From: Octopus sinensis | Lineage: Eukaryota | DNA length: 64,000 nucleotides | Assembly: GCF_006345805.1 (NCBI RefSeq) | Contig: NC_043011.1 | Location: 23,138,464 to 23,202,463 of the forward strand | Reading direction: 5' to 3' | Shown here: positions 37,066 to 52,165 of the stretch, piece after piece | How positions within the stretch are numbered: position 1 is the stretch's first letter | Layout of the letters: each line of letters starts with the position of its first letter | Made by a program: the position numbers and the translations under genes | Notes under the pieces: generated by a model | What the model was told of the DNA's origin: nothing | The model's database searches: none | What the model saw: only the letters and a program-made list of their open reading frames with translations

Positions 37066-37726
37066 CATACATACATACACACATAATATAAATATATACC
37101 CACACACACATATATGCCCACACACATTGTGTGTGTGTGCACATAAGCATGTATGACTAAGTGTTTATTTCACTATCTTGACATGTGTGCACTGATTGTA
37201 AACATATGAATTGCATAAGTTTTTTCATCGTTTTGCTATCTTCTAGAATGTTCATTGTTAGGTAGCCTGAGGGAATCATTGACCGGCTAGGAAACAGGTC
37301 AGGGTAGTAACAGGGATGACATCCAACTGTAGAAAATTCTACCTCAATGGAATCTTATCTGACTGATGCAAGCATGGCAAAATAGATGTTAAAACACTGA
37401 TGATGATGGTGATGATGGTGATGATGATGATGACAATGACGAGGATGATAACGATGATGAAGATTATGCTTTGCTGCTAAATGTAAACAAATATAAACAA
37501 ATATTTATAATTTTCCATGAACAAAAAAAAAAATTAAATTAAAAAATGGGCTCATCCTAACTAGTTTCATCTCTAGAGATTCGTTGTTGGAGAACAAGTA
37601 CTTTTACTTTCATTTTCTGTCCACAGGGTGATTGCCAGATTAAGGCTATTTATATCAAACACAATCTAGAAATCAGCTGAAATATGAGAATGCATTAGAT
37701 ATTATATGTTATAAGGTGTTATATAA

Positions 37727-38003
37727 TGTGGGATGACGTCAGCAGCTGGGGAGCTGACCGGAACTTGGGGCTGACCGGAAGGGGCAGCGGTGACGCGCGC
37801 ACAGCGAGGGCACGATTCTGCCTTTTCGAGTCAGGTTGCTGAGCGGGGAAGACGGGTCATCACGTTGTTAAGGTTGGGGGAAGCAGCTGCTATCTCTAGC
37901 ATTCAGGTCAGGCTGTGTTGAAGGATCCATTACCGCTGAAGGGTCTCCATCTGAGCAAAGAGAAGGTAGGTGCCTTTATTTTGAATCTCTCGCATACACC
38001 ACA
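37727..38003. mobile_element. Solo LTR-like insertion, 277 bp
   Basis: TGTGG...CCACA termini, 5-bp TSD TATAA (37722-37726 and 38004-38008), and GC/CpG content far above the surroundings. Confidence 0.75.
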
Positions 38004-38014
38004 TATAATATTAA

Positions 38015-38311
<297 letters not shown>

Positions 38312-38825
38312 TAATTATGAGAATAGCCCTTTTCTCTTCCTGAGGCTGATCGAATAAGTATCTGTTAATAAAGTATGCATTTCAGTTGAAATTACCTAAT
38401 TTCTTACCTACTCTGTGAAATAATTGATGTAGTCAACTACATCATAAATGGTAGTATCCTTGCATAGCTGCAGTTCAGTGACTATAACCAAGAAAAGAAT
38501 TAAAGGATCAGAGCGAAAGAACATTATGAATACCTAATTCTGACTGAGTGTATAGTGAACTGGCATCATAAGAACAATGATGACATATACATAAGAACAT
38601 TCTTACAAACTCACACTGGGAACAATGTATATATATATATATATATATATATAAGGAGAAATAAGAAATCTGGATGGTTTTATATTTACATGTTTTTATA
38701 TATCATATATATATTTATAAAAACATGTGACATATTAATAAAGATCTGTAAATATAAAACCAACCAGATTTCTGAGTACCTTATTTCTCTAATATATGAT
38801 ACCTGTGCATCATTTTCAAACCTTC

Positions 38826-38891
<66 letters not shown>

Positions 38892-39144
38892 AGCTGTCTG
38901 GTAAGAAGCTTGCTTCCCAACTACATGGCTCCAGGTTCAGTCCCACTGTATGGCACAATGGGCAAGTGTTTTCTACTATAGCCTTGGGCTGACCAAATCA
39001 TTATGATGGATTTGGTTGACGGAAATTGAAAGAAGCCCATCATATGTGTGTGTGTGTGTGTGTGTGTGGTCACCTGTAGGATGTTGGTGAAACATTTGTG
39101 TTGAATAAAGATTCTTGCTAATCCCATTTTCCATTTGCCTCATT

Positions 39145-39238
<94 letters not shown>

Positions 39239-39259
39239 TATATATATATATACATACAT

Positions 39260-39291
<32 letters not shown>

Positions 39292-39401
39292 TATATATAT
39301 ATACACACATATACATACACACACATACATATATGCACTCACTTACATATCTACCAACTTTTTGTCACTTTTTCTTACTGTGTAGCTCTTCTTTTTTTCA
39401 G

Positions 39402-39505
39402 ACTGGCAAGCGTGATAAAGCCAACGTTTTATTCAACACTTCTCTGGGTGTGATGTTTGTTGTGAAACACTATTCTGAAAAGCTGTATGTGATTGCCAAA
39501 GACCG
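39402..39505 (+). CDS. SQOR: SQOR visible exon 4 (104 nt, 0/2)
   Basis: tttttcag|TGKRDKANVLFNTSLGVMFVVKHYSEKLYVIAKD(R)|gtaagt. Confidence 0.94.
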
Positions 39506-39971
39506 GTAAGTTTATACACATGCTTACAATATCTCATTTCAGCAACTGGGGTTTCTTTTATATTACATGCAATGAGCCCTTTAAAAATGATGGAGCCGCA
39601 CCGGTTTCTCTAGTTTCCCCTCGTGTGAAGTGAGTAAGCAGCAACATTTTCCTTGGCCAGGATAGTGGTCTATCACAGAATATTCTCATATGATCAATAA
39701 TATATTGCATATGATTAGGGACACTGAAGTGATGTGGAACAAACTTTTCTATTCAGAAACATCTGAATGCCTGCAGCAGATTTGAACTTTTGGTCCTTTT
39801 TATTCGGACACCTTCAATTTTGTCTCTTTAAAAACACCAAATAAAAGATTTAATAAGAACAGTAATAAACAAGTGAAGAACGAATATACAGTGAGAGTGT
39901 TTTGTTGGCAAAAAAAAAGAAAGAAAATGATCATCCGAAATACAACAATATATATATATATATTATATATA

Positions 39972-40014
<43 letters not shown>

Positions 40015-40361
40015 GTTATTTATTTATTAATTCATAATAGAATATAAGGATAAAAATAAGAAATAAGTGGAAATTTTACCGGTGAGTGTGTTAAATAATA
40101 AGGCACTAAAAGAGAATGACTCTCCCAGACACAACAGAATATGCTTCAACACACGAACTCATTTAAAAAATCTTGCAAACCAAATCCAAAAATGAGATAA
40201 AAATCACATTAATGGCTTTTATCAGGTAGTCAGCATGATATAAAAATTTATACGCGATGTATACATTAAATTAATAATAATATACATATGTATATAATTA
40301 TATTAAGGGAATCTTTGAAGGTACCAGCATTTCAAGCATCCTGGAGATAGGCCGTTTTCGC

Positions 40362-40412
<51 letters not shown>

Positions 40413-41060
40413 CATATATATATGTAACTGTGTGTATGTATTGTGTGTATGTGAGGGCGCGTGGCTTAGTGGTTAGGGCATTCGGCTCATGATCGTAAGG
40501 TGTGAGTTCGATTCTGCGACGCGTTGTGTTCTTGAGCAAGACACTTTATTTCACGTTGCTCCAGTCCACTCAGCTGGCAAAAAATGTTGTACTTGTATTT
40601 CAAAGGGTCAGCCTTGTCACTCTCTGTGTCACGCTGATTATCCCGAGAACTACGTTAGGGTACACGTGTCTGTGGAATGCTCAGCCATTTGCACGTTAAT
40701 TTCACGAGCAAGCTGTTCCGTTGATCGTATCAGCTGGGACCCTCGTCGTCGTAACCGGCGGAGTCTTGTTTGTTTATATGTGTGTATGTATGTATGTGTA
40801 TGTATGTATGTATATGTATGTATATATATGTACGTATGTATATGTATATATATATGTATGTATATGTATATATATATATATGTATGTATATATACATGTA
40901 TGTATCATCATCATCATCGTTTAACGTCTGATTTCCATGCTAGCATGGCTTGGACAATTTGACTGAGGTGCAACCATCTGGTTTACCAGCTCTCAGTCAA
41001 AATCGTCCAACCCGTGCTAGCATGGAAAGCGGACGTTAAACGATGATGATGATGATGTTG

Positions 41061-41093
<33 letters not shown>

Positions 41094-41146
41094 ATCAGTT
41101 AACGTTCATTTTTCCATGTTTGCATGAGTTAGATAGATGGTGCTAA

Positions 41147-41199
<53 letters not shown>

Positions 41200-41355
41200 C
41201 ATCCTGGAAAACATGGAAAACTTGATGTTAGATAGTAACGATGATGGTGGTGGTTGTGGGTAATGCTAAATTTCGGCAGTTTTTAACAATGTAAGTTCTT
41301 TATTACTTACATTATCTTGTAGAATAATGTTTTATTTGTATTACTTCCTCTGTAG

Positions 41356-41464
41356 CGGTATTCATGTGAACTTCAAGCACAGTCTTATTGAAGTGCGACC
41401 AGAGACTGGAGAGGCAATTTTTAAGAAGCTAGACAGTGAGAGTGGTGAAACAGCAACTTTTAAA
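41356..41464 (+). CDS. SQOR: SQOR visible exon 5 (109 nt, 2/0)
   Basis: ctgtag|(R)GIHVNFKHSLIEVRPETGEAIFKKLDSESGETATFK|gtaagt; phase completes exon 4. Confidence 0.94.
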
Positions 41465-43002
41465 GTAAGTAGATTTATTTTGTAACAAGTGTATAGGAGT
41501 GTATAGGAGTGGTCCCTACATGGTTGTTGGCATTAATAGAAATAATTTCAAATTTTGACTCAAGACTAGCAGTTTTAGGGGAGGGGGTTAACTGATTGCA
41601 GCAACCCCATTAATAAACTGGTACATATTTTATCAACCCTGAAAGGACAAAAGGCAAAATCGACCAAGGTAGAATTTGAACTCAGAATGTCATGAGTTAG
41701 AAGAAATACCATTCAATGTTTTTTTTATCCAGTGTGTTAATGATTCTGCCAGCTTGCTGCCTTTAGTAACTGGTAGAAATAATAGCTAAATTTCCCTTAA
41801 ATCCCACCCAGCCAGTTTTTCTTTTTTTTTTTTTTGAAAAGGAAGGACATATTGGATAATGTAGTCCTGGATGCAATATTATTATGTAAGGTGGCAAGCT
41901 GGCAGAATCATTAGCATGTTAGGTGAAATGATTAGTGGCATTTCCTCCATCTTTACATTCTGGGTTCAAATTCTGCTGAGGTCAACTCCGCCTTTCATCC
42001 TTTCAGGGTCGATAAAATAAGCACCAGTTGAAAGCTGTGGTCAAATTAATTGACTTAGCCCTATCCCCAAACCTGCTAGCTTTGTGCCAAAATTTGAAAC
42101 CAATATTGCCTGGATAAGACAGGATGGTCCTGATTGGAATGTCTTTCATCCAGCCATGGGCTCCTGAGTTGGAGTCAATAACAAATGCAGAGAGAATTAA
42201 AAATATCTTTTGGCTGTCAAATGGACACTCATGTCTAATAGACATATTCTAATATGACTTAATTCCCCCCCCCTCTTCCACTTCACCTCCAAAGGGGCCA
42301 AACCTGAACTGGTTAGAAGTGACAAAGATTCAGGATTGTTAAATAAAGTAAACTAACAGGTGCAGGCATAGCTGTGTGGTAAGAAGCTTGCTTTCCAACC
42401 TCATGCTTCTAGGTTCAATCCCACTTCATGGCATGGGCAGATATCTTCTACTATAGCCTCAAGCTGACCAAATCCTTGTGAGTGGGTTTGGTAGATAGAA
42501 ACTGTAAGAAGCCTGTCATGTATATATATATATATATAAATTAGGGTACCAGAATACCACTTGCTAGAAATAGGAGTTAACACACCAAAGCCACAAATTT
42601 CTCACTATTTAGAAATATGCATGGGCATTCAAATATTCAAATGAACAAACATGTACAGTATAATGAAATGAAAATTTTGAAAAATAGATGAATACAGCAA
42701 GCTTGGTTGACAATCCTAATGTACAAGTGAAATCAATTTAGTCAAGATATCTGTTCTTGATTTGTGATTTATACAAGGTAAGGCCTATTTTTATTATATC
42801 TGTTACATTCACCATGCGTGTTTCTTAATAGTGAGAAATTTGTGGCTTTGTCATGTTAACTCCTATTTCTAGCAAGTGGTATTCTGATTAATTTATTTGT
42901 ATATTTTTACCTATATAGGTTAAATTTACTGACCACTTTATTATTATTGTTATTTTTAATAATGGTAATTATACTTTATTAAATTTTATATATATATAAA
43001 TA

Positions 43003-43221
43003 CTAGGAGTGCTGAAAAGTTCCTGGCTTTGAGTAAAAGTAAATACAAGAGAATTAGTTAATTATTATTTTATTCAACATATTCTCTTCTCAGATTCACA
43101 CACTTATTGCAGTAGTAGTTCTTCAGTTTTTCTAAACCCTGTAAAAGAACTCAGAAGGTTGGGCTTCCAACCAGGTCTTTCATGATACCCTTAAAGCCAG
43201 GAACTTTTTATTACATCCTTG
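43003..43221. mobile_element. Tc1/mariner-type MITE
   Basis: TA-flanked; terminal aaaagttcctggcttt and aaagccaggaactttt are inverted copies. Confidence 0.7.
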
Positions 43222-43530
43222 TATATATCTATATGTGCACGTCTTTGTGTCTGTGTTTGTCCCCCACTACCACTTGATAACCAGTGTTGGTGTGTTTACA
43301 TCCCCATAACTTAGCAGTTTGGCCAAAGAGATTAATAGAATAAGTACCAGTTTAAAAAAAAAGTACTGGGATTGATTCATTTGACTAAGAATTCATCAAG
43401 ATGGTGCCCCAGCATGGCCACAGTCTAAATGACAGAGACAGGTAAAAAGGTACAAAATAAAAGAAACTCTCTGAATGTTTATGATTTTAATTATCAGAGA
43501 TTGTTGAAACTATGGGCTTGATAAACAATA

Positions 43531-44808
43531 TATCAGATCATTAAGAATGAAATGTTTGATTTTGAACTGAAAGTTTATTTTACTTCATCTTGACAAAAAG
43601 CAATGCAGTTAATCAAAGTATGCACCTAAATTATAAACACGATCTTGCTATTTTATCGGTAGCTTATTTATGCTGGCAGCGAAGAATTCTGGAAAGCAAA
43701 AGGTGATGAAATCATGAAAGGCTGTTTTTTGATATTTTCTTCAGATCTGAAGTTTTTTCCTTGCAATAAGTTGTCTAATGCATGGAAAACCTGATAGTCA
43801 GTTGGTGCAAGGTCTGGTGAATATGGTGAATGACAGAGTACTTCCAAGTCCAGTTCCTGTAACTTGAGTAGCGTTCTTTGTGCAACATGTGGTCAAGCAT
43901 TGTCTTGCAAGAGAATTGGCCTGTCTCTGTTGACCAATCTCAGTTGTTTAATTGTAAGTTCACTCATCTTTTCACCTAATTGGTTGATGTATACATCTGC
44001 TGTAATTGACTTATCAGATCTCATGAAGCTTTAGTGGATGACACCAGTGCTGGATCATCAAACAAACTCCTTTTACTTTTTTTGGTGAATATTGTTTTTT
44101 GCATTGTGTTTTGGCACTATGTCTCTTTCTAACTACTGAGCAGAACGCTTGCTATTTTTGCAAAGAATGCATTTTTCATCACATGTAACAATACAATGCA
44201 AAAATGGTTCACTTTTATGCCATGACTGCAAAGAACAAGTTTCAAGATGATGTATCATTTGATGCTTGTTCAGTTCATGTGGTACCCACATGTCCAGCTA
44301 CTTTACTTTGCTAATTTGTTTCAGATGGTCCAACACTGTTGGAATCGAAACATCAAACCTTGCTGCTAACTTATGTGTAGTTTGAGATATATCTGCTTCC
44401 ACTAGTTTCCATCCCATCATTATCCACCTTGGTCTCAGGTCTACCATGGGGTTGATTTTCAAGAGTAAAGTCACCAGACCGGAACTTCTCAGATCATCGA
44501 TGTACAGTGTGCTCATTTGCCACATCTTCACCTAACACCTCATTGATGTTTTGAGCTGTCTGAGATACATTGGTTCCATGACAGAACTCATATTCATAGA
44601 CAATGTGAATTTTTTTATCTATCCATGAGTTCACAAAAATTGATTTACAAGAGAAAGCTCACAGACACCATGAATTACATTTCAAAAAATGATGAGGTAA
44701 CTTTGCAAAGTTTTAAAATAAAGAATTGTTGGGATAAAAACATTAGAGTTAATGACTATCAAACTTGGTGCATAAAAAATTGGACATTTCATTCTTAATG
44801 ACCTGATA
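43531..44808 (-). mobile_element. Decayed full-length mariner (cecropia/Hsmar1-like)
   Basis: TIRs tatcagatcattaagaatgaaatg / catttcattcttaatgacctgata. Minus strand reads VSIPTVLDHLKQISKVK..WVPHEL, with many stops. Confidence 0.8.
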
Positions 44809-46771
44809 TATTAATGATCTGTGATTGATTAAATAAATATCATCAATAGATGCAGGCATAGCTGTGTGATAAGAAGCTTGCTTGCCAATCACATGGTTCG
44901 GGGTTCAGTCTCACTGCATGACATCTTGGGCAAGTGTGTTCTACTATGGCCTTGAGCCGACCAAATCCTTGTGAATGAACTTGGTAGAGGAAACTGAAAG
45001 AAGTCCATTGTGTGTGTGTGTGTGTGTGTATATATGCATATATTTTCGTGTGTCTTTGTGTTGTGTTTGTCCCCTGCCACCACTTGACAACTGGTCATCC
45101 CCATAACGTAGCAGTTTGGTATAAGAGACCGATAGAATAAGCAGCAGGTTTAAGAAAGTAAGTACTGATGTCAGTTCATTTGGCTGATATTCTTCAAGGC
45201 CGTGTCCCATGATGGCAGCAGTCTATTAACTGAAACAAGTAAAACATATGCGATAAAATATATTGGTCCCAAATTTTAACACAAGGCCAGTACTTTCGAG
45301 GGAGAGTTAAGTTGATTACATTGACCCCAGTGCTCAACTGGCATTCATTTCATTGACCCTGAAATGCAAAGTTGACCTTGGTGGAATTTGAACTTAGAAT
45401 GTGAAGTCAAACGAAATGTTGCTAAGCATTTTGCTCAGCATGCTAATGACTCTGCCAGGTTGCCACCTTAATTATCAGCAATATACTGGTTTCACATTTT
45501 GTCACAAGGCCAGCAATTTCAGGGGTGAGGGCTAGTTGATTAAATTGATCCCACTGTTCAACTGGTACTTATTTTATTGACCCCAGGAGGATGAAAGGCA
45601 AAATCAACTTAGGCAGAAGTTGTACTCAGAATGTAAAGATGGATGAAATGCCACTAGGCATTTTGCCTGGCATGCTGATGATTTTATACCTTAAATCATC
45701 ATCATCATCGTTTAACGTCCGCTTTCCATGCTAGCATGGGTTGAACGATTTGACTGAAGACTGGCAAACCAGATGGCTGCACCAGGCTCCAATCTTGATC
45801 TGCAGTGTTTCTACAGCTGGATGCCCTTCCTAACGCCAACCACTCCAAGAGTGTAGTGGGTGCTCTTACGTGCCACCGGCACGAGGGCTAGTCTGGCAGT
45901 ACTGGCAACGGCCATGCTGAAATGGTGTTTTTTACATGCCACCTGCATAGGAGCCAGTCCAGCGGCACTGGCAACGACCTCACTTGAATGTTTTTTCATG
46001 TGCCAGTAAGGTGATGCTGGTAACGATCATGCTCGAATGGTGCCTCTTATGTGCCACCGGCACAAAAGCCAGTTAGCTGCTCTGGCAACAATCATGCTTG
46101 GATGGTGCTCTTAGCACTCCACTAGCACGGATTGATTCCGATTTCAATTTCACTCTGCAATATCAGCAATATATTGAAGTCTCTTCAGCTAACTGACTAA
46201 TCCTGACCCTCACCATCCCTATAAAAATTGTTTCCTGTTCTCAAAGAAGTAATCTGTTACAAGTCATGAATATAGGGAAGAGAAGAGGATTATGTTATGC
46301 TATAACAGCTGCAGTAACCCGTCTTGCCTAGGTTGATGTTTGGAATGTTGCATGGAAGGTGAGATTAACTGTCCTGAAAAATTGTTAGTTTTTTTTTCAT
46401 TAAAGGAAATCAAGTTGAGATGAAATATTGAAAGTGAGGTTAATTGTGCTGTTGTGTATATATGTATGTATATATGCATGTGTGTGTGTGTGTGTGTGTA
46501 TGTATGTACGTACACACACACATACACACAATGGACTTCTTTCAGTTTCCTCTACCAAGTTCACTCAAGCATTTGGTTGGCCCAAGGGCATAGTAGAACA
46601 TGTACGTACGTACGTGTGTGTGTGTCTGTAGGTATCTTTGTGTCTGTCTTTGTCTCTGAGTATGTTCCCTGCTACTGCTTGACAACCGGTGTTGATATTT
46701 TTACATCCCCTGTAACTTAGCAGTTTGGCAAAAAAGACTGACAGACTAAGAACAAGGCTTAAAAAAAATAA

Positions 46772-47170
<399 letters not shown>

Positions 47171-47812
47171 TGACAGCTTCTTCTGATTCCAAGCAATGTA
47201 CTTTGAAAGAAAAAACAAGGCTTCATCATTTTCATCATCATAGCTGTCACCACCATTATTGCCATTGCCACCATCATCACCTCACCACCATCATCGCCAT
47301 CAGCACCATTATTGCCACCATTATTGCCATTACCACCATCATCACCATCAGTTTTACATCCACTTTTTCCATGTTGGCAGGGGTTGGATGAGATTTATTG
47401 AGACAGTATTCTAAGGCCAGATGCCCATGATGTGGCCAACTCTAATTGTTTTTCCAAGTAGTTTTTTCATAGCACTGGTCTTCATGCGATGAAACCACTG
47501 AGGTAGATGGGATGTAAACAATGTCAGTGTTAAATGTTGTTACTGTGAAGAAGCATGAAGATATTAACATGCATACACACACACACATGCACACACACAT
47601 GCATGTACACATGTACATATTCACACACTCACATATATACATGACAGTTACCATCAGGTATTGTCTACCAGATTCACTAACAAGGCATTAGTTGCCCTGT
47701 GGCTATTGTAGATGTCACTTGCCCAATGTGCCATGCACTGGGATGGAACCCAAAACCCTGTGGTTGTGAACGATATAACCACTCACCCATGCATGTCTGC
47801 ACCTGCAAGCTA

Positions 47813-49104
47813 CGAGGGGCGTTCAATAAATAATGCCCCTGACCGACTTCCCATAGTAGTAGAGCAACAAAACTCGGCACAGGTATTAGTCTTTTTCTAC
47901 AAAGGAACCACCCAGAGTTACGCATTTCTCCCATTGTTTGATGCAGCTCTGGATACCGTTTTTGTAGAAGACCCCAGCTTGGTCCTCCAACCACGACATA
48001 ACTTCAGAAATCAAGGCTGCATCATCTGGTAAACGCTTTCCTTTCAAAAACAACTTCATGGGTGGGAAGAGGTGAAAATCAGAGGGTGCAAGATCAGGAG
48101 AGTAGGGGGATGGGGGAGAAGTTCATAGCCGCACGCCTGTGCTTTTGATCTGGCGACACGCGAGTTGTGGACCGGAGCGTTGTCCTGCAGGAGGAGGATG
48201 CCTTTGCTGATCTTGCCCCGCCTCTTGATTTTGATAGCTTCTCTTAATTTCCTCAAAAGTGAAGCATAATAGGCTCCTGTAATTGTGGTACCCTTTGCCA
48301 GAAAATCTGTCATCACTACTCCGTCCTGGTCCCAGAAGACTGTGAGCATGACCTTGCCAGCGGAGGGCTGCACCCTTGCCTTCTTTGGAGGAGGTGAGTC
48401 ACGGCGCTTCCACTGCATTGACTGGGCTTTGGTCTCTGGATCATAGTGATGGACCCAGGTTTCATCCTGTGTAATCAGTCTTTTGAAATATTTTGACTCA
48501 TCTTCTTGGCACATCTCCAAATTTATCCTTGAGCATTCGACGCGTTCTTGCTTCTGGAAAGGTGTGAGCAACCTGGGAATCCATCTGGCAGACACCTTTT
48601 GCATATGTAAATGGTCATGAATGATAGTTTCCACAGACCTGGTACTTATCTTGACTTCATGGGCTATTTGGCGAATAGTTATGCGTCGATCTTCCAAAAT
48701 GGCAACCTCAACTTGACGGACAGATGCCTCATCAATGGCAGAAGGGGGGCGACCAGATCTGGGAGCTGTTTCCACAGAGTTCCGACCAAGTTTGAATTCA
48801 CGATGCCAGCGTTTTACAAGGTCATATGATGGGGCATCATCACCATAAGTTACTTTCATTTCATCAAAAGTTTCCCGTGGTGTGCGTCCTTTCAAATACA
48901 AAAACCGGATCACTGCTCGACACTCAACAGGCTCTATTTCACACCTGACTCAGTTCAAACACCTGTAAATCAGAAACCACAATTAGTTCAGAGCTGTAAT
49001 TTCCCACTTAATCTATAGAGATATAAATAATTGCACATGCAAAACTTCAGCTAGATCAAACAACTGCAATTGGGTCAGGGGCATTACTTATTGAACGCCC
49101 CTCG
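47813..49104 (-). mobile_element. Full-length mariner, 1292 bp, irritans/Himar1-like
   Basis: 32-bp TIRs (cgaggggcgttcaataa(a/g)taatgcccctgacc) with one mismatch, and TA duplication on both sides. Confidence 0.95.
47886..48937 (-). pseudogene. D,D34D mariner transposase, near intact
   Basis: WIPRLL, ITQDETWVHHY, LLQDNAPVH and (YSPDLAPSD) motifs. The start appears as ATA instead of ATG (48935-48937), and there is a single-base deletion in a C-run near 48105-48110; otherwise about 350 codons are open. Confidence 0.88.
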
Positions 49105-49454
49105 TATACTCCATGCATAGGGTTAATTATTGTATTTATTTCTAAAAGGATGTTTTTATAAGTGAGAAGTGGTAAAATAACCTTGTAGCTTTTAATCCTC
49201 TCCCTTTATATTGTGAGTTCAAACCCTTTTTGTCTTTTGTCTTTCTGCAGTCCTTAAAGTAAGTACCAGCCATGTCTTGGGGTTGACATCATTGACAATG
49301 TTCCTGTCCCTAAAATATGATTTTTGCCTCCATGGCAGTTGCCCAGTTATATTTTATTCTTTGACTTCTTTCAGTCATTGGACTGTGGCCATGCTGGGGC
49401 AAAGCCTTGATAAATTAAAATTTTTCTTAAAGCTTGTATGTATATATATATATA

Positions 49455-49503
<49 letters not shown>

Positions 49504-49593
49504 GCACACATATATATATCTACACACATATATACACATATATATACACATATACATATATATATATATACACACACACACATATATATATAT

Positions 49594-49976
49594 GCCCGGC
49601 GTTGCTCGGGTTTGTAAGGGAAATAACTATATAAGCATTTTTAGAGAGTTATACCCAAAAAATAGCAAAATGCATTAAAAATGGAAAAAAAATTATGGTA
49701 AATTTTTTTTAAAATCGTTGACTCATCGTAGACATTTTTAGAGAGTTACTTCCCTTATATAATAGCGAAAAAATGCATTAAAATGGAGAAAAATAAAGGT
49801 AAATTTTTTTTAAATCGTAGACTCATCGTAGACGCGCGCTAATACCCAGAAGGGCTCGATATGAATCACGACTATAAGATACCCGGTTTTGGTTAAACTG
49901 CACTGCAAAATGTGGGAGTAGTTAGGAATCTAAATTGTAGGAGACAGACACACAACTTGACTTTTATATATAAAGA
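49594..49976 (-). mobile_element. Non-autonomous Helitron-derived element
   Basis: Minus strand begins TCTTTATATATAAAAG and ends with the hairpin cccgagcaacgccggg; the CTAG end is lost in the adjoining microsatellite. Confidence 0.7.
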
Positions 49977-50162
49977 TATATATATATATATACACACGTA
50001 TACATATATATATATATTTATATATATATATATATATACATACACACACACACATATATATATATATATACATATATATATACACATATATATGTATACA
50101 TATACACACATATTATATATACATACATATATATGCATATATATATACATAAATATATATCC

Positions 50163-50195
<33 letters not shown>

Positions 50196-50286
50196 TATAT
50201 ACATATATATATATATATATATAATATATATATATATATATAATATGCATATATATATGCATATATATAGACATACATATATATAC

Positions 50287-50317
<31 letters not shown>

Positions 50318-50756
50318 CATTATATATATATATATACACACACACACATATATGTATACATACATATATATATATACATACATGCACACACACATGCAAG
50401 CCACTCATTCATCATTTTCATCATCACCACCACCACCATCTTCTTCTTCTTCTTCCTCCACCTTCTCATGCTTGCTGGGGTCATTGGGAAACAAGCTTCT
50501 TAACAACACAATCACACCTTCCTGTGTGCATTTTTCTGTTCTCTTCCTTTTACTCCCCCACCCCCTCCCGTTAGGGATTATTAAGTATGGACATAGATTA
50601 TTTGTTCTTTATACAAATGTAAAGTATTGCCATCATTAAGAACTAACATGTTTCCTGATAGGTTTAGACATGTTGGCTGGTGGTACTTACAATGTTTACT
50701 GAGAGATATAAATTACTTTTACTCTCTTGAGGTTTGCAATCAATTATTTTGTTGTA

Positions 50757-52165
50757 GAAGGTTGTATCAAAAGGTTCCCGGACTAGTTATGTTTAATAAA
50801 AAAATGACCTATTCACCTAAGTTTTAACATTATCTCCTTTGAAATAGTCACTTTGCACAGCAATACACTGGTCCCAGCATTTCTGCCACTTTTGGAATCC
50901 GGCCTGGAAGTCATTTTCCGTAAGCAAGTAAAGGGCCTTCTGTGATTCATTCTGGGTCACAACAATGGGAATAAAACAGTACCTATTTCTTTACAACCCA
51001 CAAGGGGCTAAACACAGAGGGGACAAACAAGGACAGACTAACGGATTAAGTCGATTACATCGATTCCAATGCGTAACTGGTACTTAATTTATCGACCCCG
51101 AAAGGATGAAAGGCAAAGTCGACCTCGGTGGAATTTGAACTCAGAACGTAACGGCAGATGAAATACGGCTACGCATTTCGCCCGGTGTGCTAACGTTTCT
51201 GCCAGCTCCTTCAAACAGTACCTTTGAGGTGAATTTTCATTTTGGGGAAGAGATGGAAGTCCACAAGTGCTAAATCTGGTGAATAGGGCAGGTGCAGAAG
51301 TGTTACTATGTTGTTTTCGGTGAGAAACTCACAAATGAGGAGAGCTCAGTGATAGGGTGCATTGTCCTCATGAAGAACCCAATTCTTCGCGCTCCACAGA
51401 TCTGGTCCCTTTCACTGAATGATTTCCCTCAGACACTTAAAAGCATTGCAATAGAACTCTTGATTGATGGTCTGGCCCTGGAGGACAAATTCTCGATTTC
51501 CAGGGATGACACTTGTTTGTTCCTTTTCGTATAGGTTCCCCACCCGGATGGGACGCTGGTCCGTTGCAGGGGAGCTGCAAGATGTAGGAGGAAAGAGTGA
51601 GAGAAAGTTGTGGCGAAAGAGTCAGCAGAAGTTCGCCATTACCTTCTGCCAGAGCTGCATGGAGCTTAGGTGTTTCGCTCATAAACACACACATCGCCTG
51701 GTCTGAGATTCGAACCCGCGATCCCTCGACCACGAGTCTGCTGCTCTAACCACTAGGCCATGTGCCTCCACATGACACTTGTGGTATATCTTTCAGATCA
51801 CTCATCTTCCAGAGACATTCTTCTGCTTTTTAAAGTGCCCATGCCTCTCAAAACATTGTGTACGACCCATTGCCTTGTCACCGTAAGCTTGCTGAAGCAT
51901 GCTCAATATTTCTGTAGCTGATTTCCCAAGTTTAAAACAAAATTTCATGTTGGCTCTTTTTTCCTATCTATGACAAAATCACAGACTACAGCACACATGT
52001 GATCACAAAAACACAAATTTCACGACTTGCAAAGTAAACACAGTGATGTCGCTCAACACACTGCCTCATGAAGCTCACTCTTAGCCGTCACTGTGCACGC
52101 AACTGTGTGCTGCCATCTGTTGGCATGCTACAAAACCAGTCTGGTAACTTTTTGATACCACTTTG
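50757..52165 (-). mobile_element. Decayed mariner with nested SINE insertions
   Basis: Degenerate TIRs (g.ttgtatcaaaaggttcccggactag / ccagtctggtaactttttgatacc) with TA flanks. Minus-strand C-terminus GFQKWQKCWDQCIAVQSDYFKGDN. Confidence 0.7.
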
